Source: Trueperaceae bacterium
GTDB taxonomy: Bacteria; Deinococcota; Deinococci; Deinococcales; Trueperaceae
Assembly: GCA_034520945.1 (NCBI GenBank)
Contig: JAXHNB010000002.1
Span: forward strand, 224,001 to 288,000
Length of the DNA stretch: 64,000 nt
Direction: 5' to 3'
Shown here in pieces: positions 21,932-31,385 of this stretch (positions are counted from its first letter, which is position 1; the number at the start of each line of letters is the position of its first letter). A program made the translations under genes and the position numbers. The notes beneath the pieces were generated by a model. The model saw only the letters and a program-made list of their open reading frames with translations. It ran no database searches and was not told the origin of the DNA.

Positions 21932-23173
21932 TCAGGAACGCGTCAGCGGATGTCCCTCGCCGAAGGCTGGGAGCCCGAGGAGCTCGGCCAGCGTCGCCTC
22001 GACGTCCGCGGCGGCAGCCCCGTCGCGCACGCCGGGCTGCACGCCGGGGCCGCGCGCGATCAGCACGCGCCGGTCGCTGCGGGTGCCCGGGGCGAAGCCG
22101 TGCCCCGAGCGGTGGCGGGAGGGGCCGGTCGCGCCTTCGGTCCCGGCGGGCCGCGGCTCGAACACGTGGCCGGGCGGTGCGACGAACGTCGCCACACGGC
22201 CGCGAACGTCGTCCGGCAGGTGCGTGCCCTCGAGCGGCGTGGCGCCGTGCGCCGCCAAGCGCGCCTCGGCGTCGCGCCGTTCGGCCGGCGTCTCGGCCAG
22301 CACGTACAGCACGCCCCCTTCGGCCGAGGCCGGCATGTCGGGGAGGATGGCGTCGTGGTACAGCGCGCCCTCCACTCGGCCGTGGCCGTGGTCGCTGGTG
22401 ATCAGCACCGTCGCCTCGTCCAGCCGCCCCGCCCGGCGCAGTTCGCCCATCAGGCTGCCCACCAGGCCGTCGGCGTAGGCCAACGACCAACGCGAGAAGG
22501 GGTCGTCGGGTCCGGCCACGTGCTGCACCGAGTCGGGGGTGAGGATTTCGGTGAGAATCAGGTCGGGCGGGGGGTCCTGAAGCGCCAGGCCGGCGCTCCA
22601 GCGCATCATGGTCCGGTCGCCCTCCAGTTCGGCCAGCAGGTAGTGCAGCCGGTCGCCGGCGTACGCGTCCGGCACGTCCGCCGGCAGGCCGGCGCGGTGC
22701 AGCGGCGCCATGCGGCCGGTGGGGTCGTCATGCCGCTGCGTGCGCAGCCAGCCCTCGTCCGCCGGGATGGGGTGCAGATCTCGGGCGCGCTGCAGCATCT
22801 CGCCCGCCCACCAGGGGCCGCGGTAGGCGTGGGCGTCCTCCGGCCGCACCATGCCGAAGCCCATCACGGCCACGTCGAGGCCGGCCTCACGTGCGCGGCG
22901 GGGCAGGGTCGGCACGCGCACGTCGTCGGGGTTGGCATACCGGAAGGCCGTACCGTCCAGGACGAGGTTGCCGTACACGCCGTGCCGCTCGCTGCCGACG
23001 CCGGTGAGGATGCCGGTCCGGCCGGGGAGCGAGGTGGCGGGCACGTCCGCGGCCACGGACGCGACCGTCCGCCCCTCCGCGGCCAGGGCGTGCAGGTTCG
23101 GCAGGTCGGCGGCGTGCTCCGTGAACGCATCGGCCGAGAGGCCGTCGATCATGATCATCAGCAGCGTGGACAT
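21932..23173 (-). CDS. Alkaline phosphatase superfamily protein (nucleotide pyrophosphatase/phosphodiesterase)
   Basis: IMIDGLS, PATSLPG..ILTG, DSVQH, TSDHGH, GHG. Confidence 0.85.
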   Translation of the reverse strand: MSTLLMIMIDGLSADAFTEHAADLPNLHALAAEGRTVASVAADVPATSLPGRTGILTGVGSERHGVYGNLVLDGTAFRYANPDDVRVPTLPRRAREAGLDVAVMGFGMVRPEDAHAYRGPWWAGEMLQRARDLHPIPADEGWLRTQRHDDPTGRMAPLHRAGLPADVPDAYAGDRLHYLLAELEGDRTMMRWSAGLALQDPPPDLILTEILTPDSVQHVAGPDDPFSRWSLAYADGLVGSLMGELRRAGRLDEATVLITSDHGHGRVEGALYHDAILPDMPASAEGGVLYVLAETPAERRDAEARLAAHGATPLEGTHLPDDVRGRVATFVAPPGHVFEPRPAGTEGATGPSRHRSGHGFAPGTRSDRRVLIARGPGVQPGVRDGAAAADVEATLAELLGLPAFGEGHPLTRS

Positions 23174-23214
23174 GCGGGCGAGGGTACCCGCCGGCGGGCG
23201 CGCGGCGCCAGGCG

Positions 23215-24363
23215 TCAGGCGGTGCGGCCGCGCGAGGCGACTGGCAGCACGCGGGTGACCCGGCCGTTCCGGGCCAGCGTAAGGTGGTCGAACAGGTTCA
23301 CCACCGGGCAGATGTGGTTCGGCACGATGGCGACGCGGTCGCCGACCGCCAGCGCCTCGGCGTCGGGTCCTTCCACGACGCCGTGCTCCTCGGAGAGTCG
23401 CGTTAGCACCACGTCGGTCCCGGCGATGCGGCCGTAGCCCCGCGTTGCGCACACGCCGGCCGGACGCGCGTCGGTGGTGAGGCTCTTGCTGCCCGCGTCC
23501 AGGATGGCGCGATCGCCGGTGCGGCTCACCACGGTGGCGACCACGAACGCCGCGCAGCGGTCCAGCCCGCCCGCCAGCCACGCCTGGGCGGCGTCGTGGA
23601 AGATGGAGGTGCCGGGCCGGATCTCGGTGATTCCGTCCAGTAGGGGTACGCCCGCGGTCTGGCTGGGCGTGGAGCCCATGGAGACCACCGGGGGCTGGGT
23701 GAATGCGCCGGTCGTTCGGCCTGCCAGCTCGACCATGCGGTGCTGGGCCTCGCGGTGACGTTCGAAGAGGGCCTTCGTGTCGGGCGCATCGTAGGTGTAC
23801 CCCTCGTAGGTGTACAGCCCCTGCAGGTGGAGGCCAGGGCGTTCTCGCGCCCAGGACAGGAATCCCGGTACGTCCGCGGGCGCCAGGCCGCCCCGCCCCG
23901 CGCCGGTGTCCACCTCCACCCGGACGGCGACGGTCGCGCCCTCGGCCTCGGCGGCGGCGGACAGGTCCTCGACCTGCCGGCGGTGGTCGACCCCCACGAC
24001 GAACGCGATGCGGCGCGCCAACCGCGCGGCCCGCCGCGCGTTGTCGGGCCCGTACGGCGTGTGCGCCATCACCACGTCGTGCACCCCGCCGTCGGCCATC
24101 ACCTCCGCTTCGCCCAGCTTGGCGACGCATATGCCCACGGCGCCACGCGCCACCTGTTCGCGGGCCAGCGCCGGACTCTTGTGCGTCTTGGCGTGGGGAC
24201 GGAGCCGCACCTCCTGCGCGTCGGCGTAGGCCTGCGCTCGGTCCATGTTGGCCCGCATCCGATCCTCGTCCACGACCAGGCACGGGGTGGGGAGGACGTT
24301 CACGGACGTGCCGACCGCGGTCTCCGGCGCGTCGCGGGGTGCACTCGGGTGGTCCGTCGTCAT
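23215..24363 (-). CDS. PLP-dependent D-threonine aldolase/DSD1-like enzyme (alanine racemase fold)
   Basis: LRPHAKTHK, EVDTGAGRGG, GSTP, EIRPG, DAGSK, LSEEHG, PNHIC. Confidence 0.88.
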   Translation of the reverse strand: MTTDHPSAPRDAPETAVGTSVNVLPTPCLVVDEDRMRANMDRAQAYADAQEVRLRPHAKTHKSPALAREQVARGAVGICVAKLGEAEVMADGGVHDVVMAHTPYGPDNARRAARLARRIAFVVGVDHRRQVEDLSAAAEAEGATVAVRVEVDTGAGRGGLAPADVPGFLSWARERPGLHLQGLYTYEGYTYDAPDTKALFERHREAQHRMVELAGRTTGAFTQPPVVSMGSTPSQTAGVPLLDGITEIRPGTSIFHDAAQAWLAGGLDRCAAFVVATVVSRTGDRAILDAGSKSLTTDARPAGVCATRGYGRIAGTDVVLTRLSEEHGVVEGPDAEALAVGDRVAIVPNHICPVVNLFDHLTLARNGRVTRVLPVASRGRTA

Positions 24364-24458
24364 GGTTCGGAATCTACCAGCGCCGTGCCCCGCCGGTCGC
24401 CTCGGGTACGGTGGGCCGAGCCTGCGTGGCCCGTGCCAAGGCCGGAGGGAGGACGCGA

Positions 24459-27218
24459 TTGAAGTCGGGCGGGCGAACCGTGCTGCGGAGCGGGCGTGCG
24501 CCGGATCCGGCTTGGATCCCGGACGGCGCGACGGTCCTCACCCCGCACCGCCGGGCCGCGGCGGCGGTCGGGCACGCGTACCGCTCGCTGGCGCAGCGTG
24601 CGGCCGAGGATCACGCGCGCGCCGGGGGGCGCATCGCTTCGCGCCTGCGTCGGTGGCGCGCCTTGACGGACGCGGTGCGCGCCGTGGCGCCAGAGGGCGA
24701 CGTCGCGGCGTTGCGCGGCACCCTGGAGGCGCCGGTTCGCGAGGCGTTGCGCAGCGGGTTGGTGGACGCGGCGTTGCCCGCGGGGGTGTCCGAGGCCGCG
24801 TCGCGCGCGGTGCGTGTGGCGCGCGCCTACCGCGACGCGCTGGCGGCCGAAGGCGAGATCGACCCTGCGGAGCTGTTCCGGGTCGCCGCCCGCGGGGCCG
24901 AGCACCACGGCGCGCCCGTGGCGTTGCTGGGCTTCCCCGCATTGGACGAGGGGGCGTGCGCCTACCTGGACGTGATCGCCGGGGAGGGGAGCGTGGTGGT
25001 GCTGCCCCCGGAGGAGACGGACACGGCCGCGCGTTTGGCGCGGCTTGGGTGGGTGGAGACCCGCGATGAGCCCGGGGTCGAGGGGTGGACCGTGGGGGCA
25101 CGGTGGGCGGCGCGTTTCACGGGCACGGTCCCGTCCGAGGGGGCGCCACCTCGGTTGCCGGTGGCGTTGCGGGTGCCGTCGCACGACGACGAGGTGCGGG
25201 AGGTGCTGGTGCGGGTGGCCGGCGCGCGGGCGCGGGGCGTGCCGGCCCACGACATGATCCTTGCGGCGCGGGATCCGGTCGCATGGGCGGGCCGGGTGGC
25301 GGAGGTGGCCTGGGAGTTCGGCCTGCCGGTTCGCATGGGTCATGCCGTGGCCGTCGCGGAGACCGACGTGGGGGGCCTGATCGCACTGCTCGGCGAGGTC
25401 GTGCGGCGGGGCGCCCCGTTCGAGCCGACCGCCCGCCTATTGGGCCACCGGCTGGTCGGGGGCTGGGCCGCCGACAGGTGGCGCGAGGTGCGGGGCGTCC
25501 GTCCGGAGGGGCCCGGGGCGTGGACGGCGTTCGACGCGCGGGCGGCGCAGCTGGACTGGCCGTCGGAGGACACGCGCGAGGGGTACGCGCACCGCTTGGG
25601 CGCGGCGCTGACGGCGCTGGACCTTCCCCGCGACGGCCTCGCCCCCCACGACGTGGCCGTCCTGCACCTGCTTCGCCGCGCCGTGGCGGACGCGTGCCGT
25701 CCCGCGGCGCAGCGCGTGGCGCTCGGCACGTTTCTGGCGGACCTCGACGACCTGGCCTCGCTGTTGCGCGTGCGGGCCGCGCCGGTGGGGCCCGCGGGGG
25801 CGGTCGAGCCCGTCGAGTTCGTCGATCTGCAAGCCTTGGGCGGCGCCCGGGTGCCGCACCTGTTCGTGCTCGGCGCCTACGAGGGCGCGCTCCCCGCGCC
25901 GGTGCGGGACGACCCGGTCATCGACTTCGCCGACCGGCGGCTCCTGGCTGGGGCCGGCGTCGACCTGGACGACGCCGCTGGGCGGGCGCGCCGGGAGGAG
26001 GCCGCCTTCGCCGGCGCGCTGCGCGCGGCCGAGGCCTCGTTGACGCTTACGGTGCCTCGCCGCGCCCGCGACGGGCCGCTTCTTCCCAGCCCGTACCTGG
26101 CGCGGCTGGGGCTCGAAGGCGGCGCGCCGCGGCCGGCGCCCGTCCGCCCGCCGGCCAGCGTGGAGGAGTTCCGCCGTGCCCAGCTGCAAGCAGCGCCGGA
26201 GCGAGGGGGGCACGACCCGGTCCTGCGGGCGGCGCATCGGGCCTGGCAGGTCGAGCTGGCCCGGGAGGGCCCCGGGCCCGCCGACGCGCACGACGGGGTG
26301 ACCGGGCGGCCGCGCGATCCGGAGCGTACGGGGTTCAGCGCCACGCGCATCGTGGACCTCGGACGGTGCCCGTTCCGGTGGTTCGCCCGTTACGTGCTGG
26401 GCGCCGAAGCGCCGGAGGAGGCAGAGGAGGCGATCACGCCGCGCCTGCGGGGCCGCTTGTGGCACCAGTCGCTGGAGCGGGCGGGGGCACACGCCCTGGC
26501 GCGGCTGCGGGAACGCGGCGAGGTGCAGGCGGACGGCGCGCCATCGGCGGAGGCGGGCGACCTCGGCGCGCGCCTCCGCGAAGAGGTCGAGGCGCACCTC
26601 CCGCGCGCCTACCGCGCCGCCGAGGCGGAGGCGCGGGTGCCGGACACGCCGGCGTGGCGGCGGCTGCGTGGGGGCGAGATCCGCGCCCTTCAGCGGTTGG
26701 TGCGCAGCGACGCCTTCCTGCGCCAGGGGTATCTGCCGGTCGCCTTCGAGGCGTCGTTCGAGGGAGGGTGGCGTGGACTGTCCGTGGCCGGCGTGGTGGA
26801 CCGGATCGACGCCGGTCCGGAGGGGTTGGAGTTGATCGACTACAAGTCCGGGGCCGGCCGGCCCATGGGGGCCAAGGACGCCTCCGGCTGGGGGAACGTG
26901 GACGTGCAGCTCCCGCTGTACCTCGAGAGCGCGGCCCAGGTGCTGTACCCGGACCGCCCGTTGCGGGGCGCCCGCTACGTGTCGGTCCGGGCCGTGGGCA
27001 CCGTCGCCTCGGCCGAGCCGGGCGCCCGGGAGGAGGCGCTGGACGAGTTGGCGGCGCGCATCCGCGGCCACCTTCGCGCGGGGTCCTATCCGGTCGACCC
27101 CGACCGCCGCAAGCAGGTGTGCCGTACCTGCGACCTGGCGGTGGTGTGCCGCGTCGGGCCGCGCGTCGACCGCAAGCACGACGCGGCGCCCGCTCCTGGG
27201 GCGGGCGAGGGGTCGTGA
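24459..27218 (+). CDS. AddB-like protein: inactive helicase scaffold plus PD-(D/E)XK nuclease with Fe-S cysteines
   Basis: FSAT..LGRCPFRWF, GVVDRID..LIDYKSG, QLPLY, CRTCDLAVVC; TTG start after GGAGG is inferred. Confidence 0.85.
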   Translation: MKSGGRTVLRSGRAPDPAWIPDGATVLTPHRRAAAAVGHAYRSLAQRAAEDHARAGGRIASRLRRWRALTDAVRAVAPEGDVAALRGTLEAPVREALRSGLVDAALPAGVSEAASRAVRVARAYRDALAAEGEIDPAELFRVAARGAEHHGAPVALLGFPALDEGACAYLDVIAGEGSVVVLPPEETDTAARLARLGWVETRDEPGVEGWTVGARWAARFTGTVPSEGAPPRLPVALRVPSHDDEVREVLVRVAGARARGVPAHDMILAARDPVAWAGRVAEVAWEFGLPVRMGHAVAVAETDVGGLIALLGEVVRRGAPFEPTARLLGHRLVGGWAADRWREVRGVRPEGPGAWTAFDARAAQLDWPSEDTREGYAHRLGAALTALDLPRDGLAPHDVAVLHLLRRAVADACRPAAQRVALGTFLADLDDLASLLRVRAAPVGPAGAVEPVEFVDLQALGGARVPHLFVLGAYEGALPAPVRDDPVIDFADRRLLAGAGVDLDDAAGRARREEAAFAGALRAAEASLTLTVPRRARDGPLLPSPYLARLGLEGGAPRPAPVRPPASVEEFRRAQLQAAPERGGHDPVLRAAHRAWQVELAREGPGPADAHDGVTGRPRDPERTGFSATRIVDLGRCPFRWFARYVLGAEAPEEAEEAITPRLRGRLWHQSLERAGAHALARLRERGEVQADGAPSAEAGDLGARLREEVEAHLPRAYRAAEAEARVPDTPAWRRLRGGEIRALQRLVRSDAFLRQGYLPVAFEASFEGGWRGLSVAGVVDRIDAGPEGLELIDYKSGAGRPMGAKDASGWGNVDVQLPLYLESAAQVLYPDRPLRGARYVSVRAVGTVASAEPGAREEALDELAARIRGHLRAGSYPVDPDRRKQVCRTCDLAVVCRVGPRVDRKHDAAPAPGAGEGS

Positions 27219-30169
27219 GTCTCACCGACCGGCAGGCCCGTGCCGTCCGCGCGCGCGGGGGCGTCGCCATCACCGCCGGGGCCGGCACCGGCAAGACCCA
27301 CACGCTGGGACATCGCTACCTCGCCCACCTCGAGGAGGGCCTGTCGCCGCTCCGGATCGTGGCCGTGACGTTCACCGAACGGGCCGCGCGGGGTTTGCGC
27401 GCCCGCGTTCGCGCCTACGCCCGGGCGCGGTTGGGGGAGGGGGACGCGCGCTTGGCGGAGCTGGAGGCGGCCACGATCGGGACGGTGCACGCGCTGTGCC
27501 TGCGGATCTGTCGTGACCACCCGGACGCGGCCGGCGTGCCGCCGGGGGTGCGGATCCTCGATCCGTTGGAGGGCGCTGCCTGGCGGGCCGAACGGCTGGA
27601 GCGCGCCCTGGGGCAGGTGCCTGAGGCGCTGTTCGACGCCCTGCCGTACGAGCGGGTCCGGGACGCGCTGGCCGCGCTGCTGGACGATCCCTGGCGTACG
27701 GAGCGGGCCCTGGCGCACGGCCCCGAGGCGTGGCCGGAGCTGGTGCGGCGCACGCGGGAGGCGGCCCGGGCCGCGCATCTGGACCCGCCTTCGGTGCAGG
27801 AGGCGGTCGCGGCGCTGCGCGGCATGGCCGGGCCCGAGGGGGACAGGGGCGAGGATCTGCGGCGCTCGGTGCTGGCCGCCGTGGCGCGGGCGGGCGAGGC
27901 GTCGCCGGACGACGTGCTGGCGCCGCTGCGCGGGCGGTCGTCCCGGGCGGGGACGCGGCGGGCCTGGGGCGAGGCGTTGGACGAGCTGCGGGCGGCGCTC
28001 GGGGTGGCGTTGGAGGGGCTGCGCGCATGGCGGGACGACCCACGGGCGCACCTGAGTCTCGGTTCGGCCGACGACACCTTGGCGGCGCTGCTTCCGCCGT
28101 TGCGCCAGGGGTACGAGCGCGTGCGCGCGGCGTTGCAGGAGGCCAAGCGTCGCCGCCGCGTCGTCGACTTCGCGGACGTCGAGACGGCCGCGGCCCGGGC
28201 GCTGCGGCGCCCCGAGGTGCGGGCGCACTACGCCGCGCGCTTCTCGGCGCTGCTGGTCGACGAGGTGCAGGACACCAGCCCCCTGCAGGCCGAGATCCTG
28301 GAGGCGCTGTCCGGGTTCTGCCGCACGACGGTGGTGGGGGACGCCAAGCAGAGCATCTACGCCTTCCGGGGGGCCGACGCTTCGGTGTTCCACCGCATGA
28401 CCGACACCGTCGCGCGGGACGGGGGCGAGGCGGTCACGCTCGACCTCAGCTTCCGGACGCACGAGGCCCTGGTCGAGCGCGGCAACCGGACCTTCGAGGC
28501 GTTGCTGGGGTCCGCCCACGAGCCGCTCCGGGCGCAACGCAGCGACGCGCCGCACCGCGGGCCGCACCTTCGGTGGCTGTCGTTCGAGGGCGCCGAGGGG
28601 GCCCCCGCGGGCCTGCGGCGCCTGGCGGAGGCGCACCGCATCGCCGACGAGATCCTCGCCCTCAGCGAGGCCGGGACGCCCGTGCACGACGAGGGCGCGC
28701 CCGGCGGGCAGCGGCCGATCCGCCCCGGCGACGTGGCCGTGCTGGCCCGCACCTGGGCGCCCCTGGACCTGCTGGCGGAGGTGCTGCCGGCGCGCGGGGT
28801 GCCGGCGGTGCACACCGGCGGCGGCGATCTGCTCCAGACGCGCGAGGCGCAGGACGGCGAGGCGGCGCTGCGCTTCCTGGCCGATGCCGAGGACGACGTG
28901 GCGTTGCTGGCCCTGTTGCGTGGGCCGTGCTTCGCGGTGTCGGACGCGGTCCTGGAAGCGCTGGCCATGCGGCAGGCGCCGGAGGCGCCAACACCGTGGT
29001 GGACGATGCTTCGTCGCGACCGGCCCGAGGAGCTGGCGGGGGCGCTGGCGGTGCTGGAGCGCCTGCGGGACGCCGCGACGCACGAAGCCCCGAGTCGGCT
29101 GCTCCGGCGCCTGGATCGCGAGACGGGATGGAGCGCGGTGGTGGCCAATCTTCCCAGCGGGCCCAGGCGGAGCGCCGATCTGGACGGGTTCCTGTCCTTG
29201 GTGCGGGACCTCGAGGCGGGCAACGGCGACGTGTTTACCGTGGCGCGGCGCCTCCGCCGGCTGCGGACGGCGGGCGCCCAGGCGGAGCGACCGGCGTTGG
29301 ACGCGGACGATGCCGTCACGCTGACGACCATCCACCGCAGCAAGGGCTTGGAGTGGCCGTGCGTGATCATCGCGGCGTTGGACGTGAAGCCGCGCGGGGT
29401 CACGCCCGCCGTGCGGACGCATCCCGACTGGGGCGTGGCGTTGCGGGTCGAGGACGCAGGCGACGCCCGTGCCGAGCCGGCCCTGTGGACCTGTCTCGAG
29501 GCGGCTGCCAAGGAGGATGAGCAGGCCGAGGATCGCCGCTTGCTGTACGTGGCGCTGACGCGGGCCGGCGACCAGGCGGTCGTGTCGGCCGCCGGCACGC
29601 AGGGCGCCTACCTGGATCTGCTTCGGCCGGGGCTGGTCGCGGCAGGGGTCGAGCCGGAGTCCGCCCCGTTCGACGTAAACGCCGTGACCTGGCCCAGCCC
29701 CCCGGTCCCTTCCCCCGCGGCCGCCCCCGAGGACGATGCCCTCGCTCGGGCGAACGGCGGGTCGGGCGCGGGTGAGGGGGAGGTGGACGGTCGCGTCGAC
29801 GCGGCGGCGCGCCAGGACGATCCGTGGGAGGTGGCGCGGCTGGTGGTGGACGGACTGGCGCCGGAGTTGGGCGACGCGGTCGAGGCGCTGGCCCGAGCCG
29901 GGGTGCCTGCCCCGGATCGCGACGGGTTCGCACGGCGCATGGCGGGCTCCCGGCGCGGTCAGGAGGCGTGGACGTTGTTGCGCTGGAGCCTGCCGGCCGG
30001 TCGGGTGGTGCTCATGGAGCCGGGCGCCACGGCGCCGGCCGGGACGGAGCACGCCGACGAGGCGGGCGACGAAGAACCGGCGCGCACCTTCGTGGTGATC
30101 GCCGATCCTGCCGCGCCGGGCCGCACGGCCGCCGCGGTCGCCGAGGCGGTGATCGCCTGTCGCGGATGA
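27215..30169 (+). CDS. AddA-like UvrD-family ATP-dependent helicase
   Basis: AGAGTGKT, TFTERAA, DEVQDTS, VGDAKQSIYAFRGAD, TIHRSKGLEWP, LLYVALTRA; GTGA overlap with upstream gene. Confidence 0.9.
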   Translation: MSLTDRQARAVRARGGVAITAGAGTGKTHTLGHRYLAHLEEGLSPLRIVAVTFTERAARGLRARVRAYARARLGEGDARLAELEAATIGTVHALCLRICRDHPDAAGVPPGVRILDPLEGAAWRAERLERALGQVPEALFDALPYERVRDALAALLDDPWRTERALAHGPEAWPELVRRTREAARAAHLDPPSVQEAVAALRGMAGPEGDRGEDLRRSVLAAVARAGEASPDDVLAPLRGRSSRAGTRRAWGEALDELRAALGVALEGLRAWRDDPRAHLSLGSADDTLAALLPPLRQGYERVRAALQEAKRRRRVVDFADVETAAARALRRPEVRAHYAARFSALLVDEVQDTSPLQAEILEALSGFCRTTVVGDAKQSIYAFRGADASVFHRMTDTVARDGGEAVTLDLSFRTHEALVERGNRTFEALLGSAHEPLRAQRSDAPHRGPHLRWLSFEGAEGAPAGLRRLAEAHRIADEILALSEAGTPVHDEGAPGGQRPIRPGDVAVLARTWAPLDLLAEVLPARGVPAVHTGGGDLLQTREAQDGEAALRFLADAEDDVALLALLRGPCFAVSDAVLEALAMRQAPEAPTPWWTMLRRDRPEELAGALAVLERLRDAATHEAPSRLLRRLDRETGWSAVVANLPSGPRRSADLDGFLSLVRDLEAGNGDVFTVARRLRRLRTAGAQAERPALDADDAVTLTTIHRSKGLEWPCVIIAALDVKPRGVTPAVRTHPDWGVALRVEDAGDARAEPALWTCLEAAAKEDEQAEDRRLLYVALTRAGDQAVVSAAGTQGAYLDLLRPGLVAAGVEPESAPFDVNAVTWPSPPVPSPAAAPEDDALARANGGSGAGEGEVDGRVDAAARQDDPWEVARLVVDGLAPELGDAVEALARAGVPAPDRDGFARRMAGSRRGQEAWTLLRWSLPAGRVVLMEPGATAPAGTEHADEAGDEEPARTFVVIADPAAPGRTAAAVAEAVIACRG

Positions 30170-30215
30170 GCGGTACGGTCGGGGCCGCGTTGCGACGGTG
30201 TCGGGTGCGAAGGCG

Positions 30216-30848
30216 TCAGTTGGCGGCGACGCCCTCCCGGGCGCGGCGGCCTTGGACGACCTGCCGCGTGAGCTCGATCAGGCGCCGGGTCTGGTGCTGG
30301 ATGGCGGCGAGGGCTGCGTCGTCCACGCCGCTGCCGTAGGCGGTGACGCTGGTGCCGTACGGGTTGCCGCCGGCGCCGAACACGGCGTCGCCGGTGTAGC
30401 CGGGCGTGACGATGATCGAGCCCCAGTGCATGAAGGTGACGTACAGCGAGTGCAGGGTGGCCTCCTGCCCGCCGTGCGGGTTCATGGCGCTGGTCATGGC
30501 CGTGATGGGCTTGTCGGCCAGCGTGCCCTGCTGCCACAACGGGCCGAGCGTGTCGATGAAGGCGCGCATCTGGCTGGCGGCGACGCCGAAGCGCGTCGGG
30601 GTGCTGAACAGGTAGGCGTCGGCCCACTCCATGTCGTCCGGCGTCGCTTCGGGCACGTCCGCGGTGGCGTCGAGGTGCGCCTGCCATGCCTCCTGCCCGG
30701 CGACGACGTCGGCGGGCGCGGTTTCGGGGGCCTTGCGGAGGCGCACCTCGACGCCGGCCTCGCGGGCGGCCTGCGCCGCCACGGTGGCCATCTGGTGGTT
30801 CAGGCCGTAGGTGCTGTAGTAGACGAGGGTCAGTCGAACGTCGGTCAT
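30216..30848 (-). CDS. wrbA: NAD(P)H:quinone oxidoreductase
   Basis: [33 protein letters not shown]. Confidence 0.9.
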   Translation of the reverse strand: MTDVRLTLVYYSTYGLNHQMATVAAQAAREAGVEVRLRKAPETAPADVVAGQEAWQAHLDATADVPEATPDDMEWADAYLFSTPTRFGVAASQMRAFIDTLGPLWQQGTLADKPITAMTSAMNPHGGQEATLHSLYVTFMHWGSIIVTPGYTGDAVFGAGGNPYGTSVTAYGSGVDDAALAAIQHQTRRLIELTRQVVQGRRAREGVAAN

Positions 30849-30900
30849 GGTACCTCCCGAGATTGGCGGCACGGACGCGGGCTTCGCGTCCATGCGGTGG

Positions 30901-30952
30901 CTTATGAATCGTAAGCCTAGGGAAGGCTACCGGGTCGCTTACGAAGCGTACG
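30901..30952. promoter_or_regulatory. Two dyad boxes (CTTAyG-N3-CGTAmG) between the divergent wrbA and hxlR genes
   Basis: cttatgaatcgtaag at 30901-30915 and cttacgaagcgtacg at 30938-30952. Confidence 0.5.
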
Positions 30953-30995
30953 TAACTTGCGTGACGTGCCGGAAGGCCGTGATAGGATTGCGAAT

Positions 30996-31376
30996 ATGGA
31001 GGGTCCATTCTGCCCGCGCTACCACCACGCGGTCGAGCTGATCGGACGCCGCTGGACCGGCGCGATCCTGCGCGCCATGTTCGCGGGGGCCACCCGCTTC
31101 TGCGAGCTCACCGGCGCCGTGCCCGACCTGTCCGACCGGATGTTGTCCGAACGCCTCAAGGAGCTCGAGGTCGAAGGCATCGTCGTCCGTCAGGTGCAGC
31201 GTGAACCCACCTCCCGGATCGAGTACCACCTGAGCGACAAGGGGCGTGCCCTCGAGCCGGTGCTGAACGCATTGGCCACCTGGGCCGAGACCTGGGTGTC
31301 CGCCCCGGACGCCGACTCCACCGCCGGCGGCGACACCGCGGCCGCATCCGGTCCCGAAAGGCCCCTCCCGCGCTAG
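30996..31376 (+). CDS. HxlR/DUF24-family winged-helix regulator
   Basis: FCPRYHHAVELIGRRWTGAI, SDRMLSERLKELE, EYHLSDKG; TAGGAT-N7-ATG. Confidence 0.92.
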   Translation: MEGPFCPRYHHAVELIGRRWTGAILRAMFAGATRFCELTGAVPDLSDRMLSERLKELEVEGIVVRQVQREPTSRIEYHLSDKGRALEPVLNALATWAETWVSAPDADSTAGGDTAAASGPERPLPR

Positions 31377-31385
31377 GCTCGGGGC

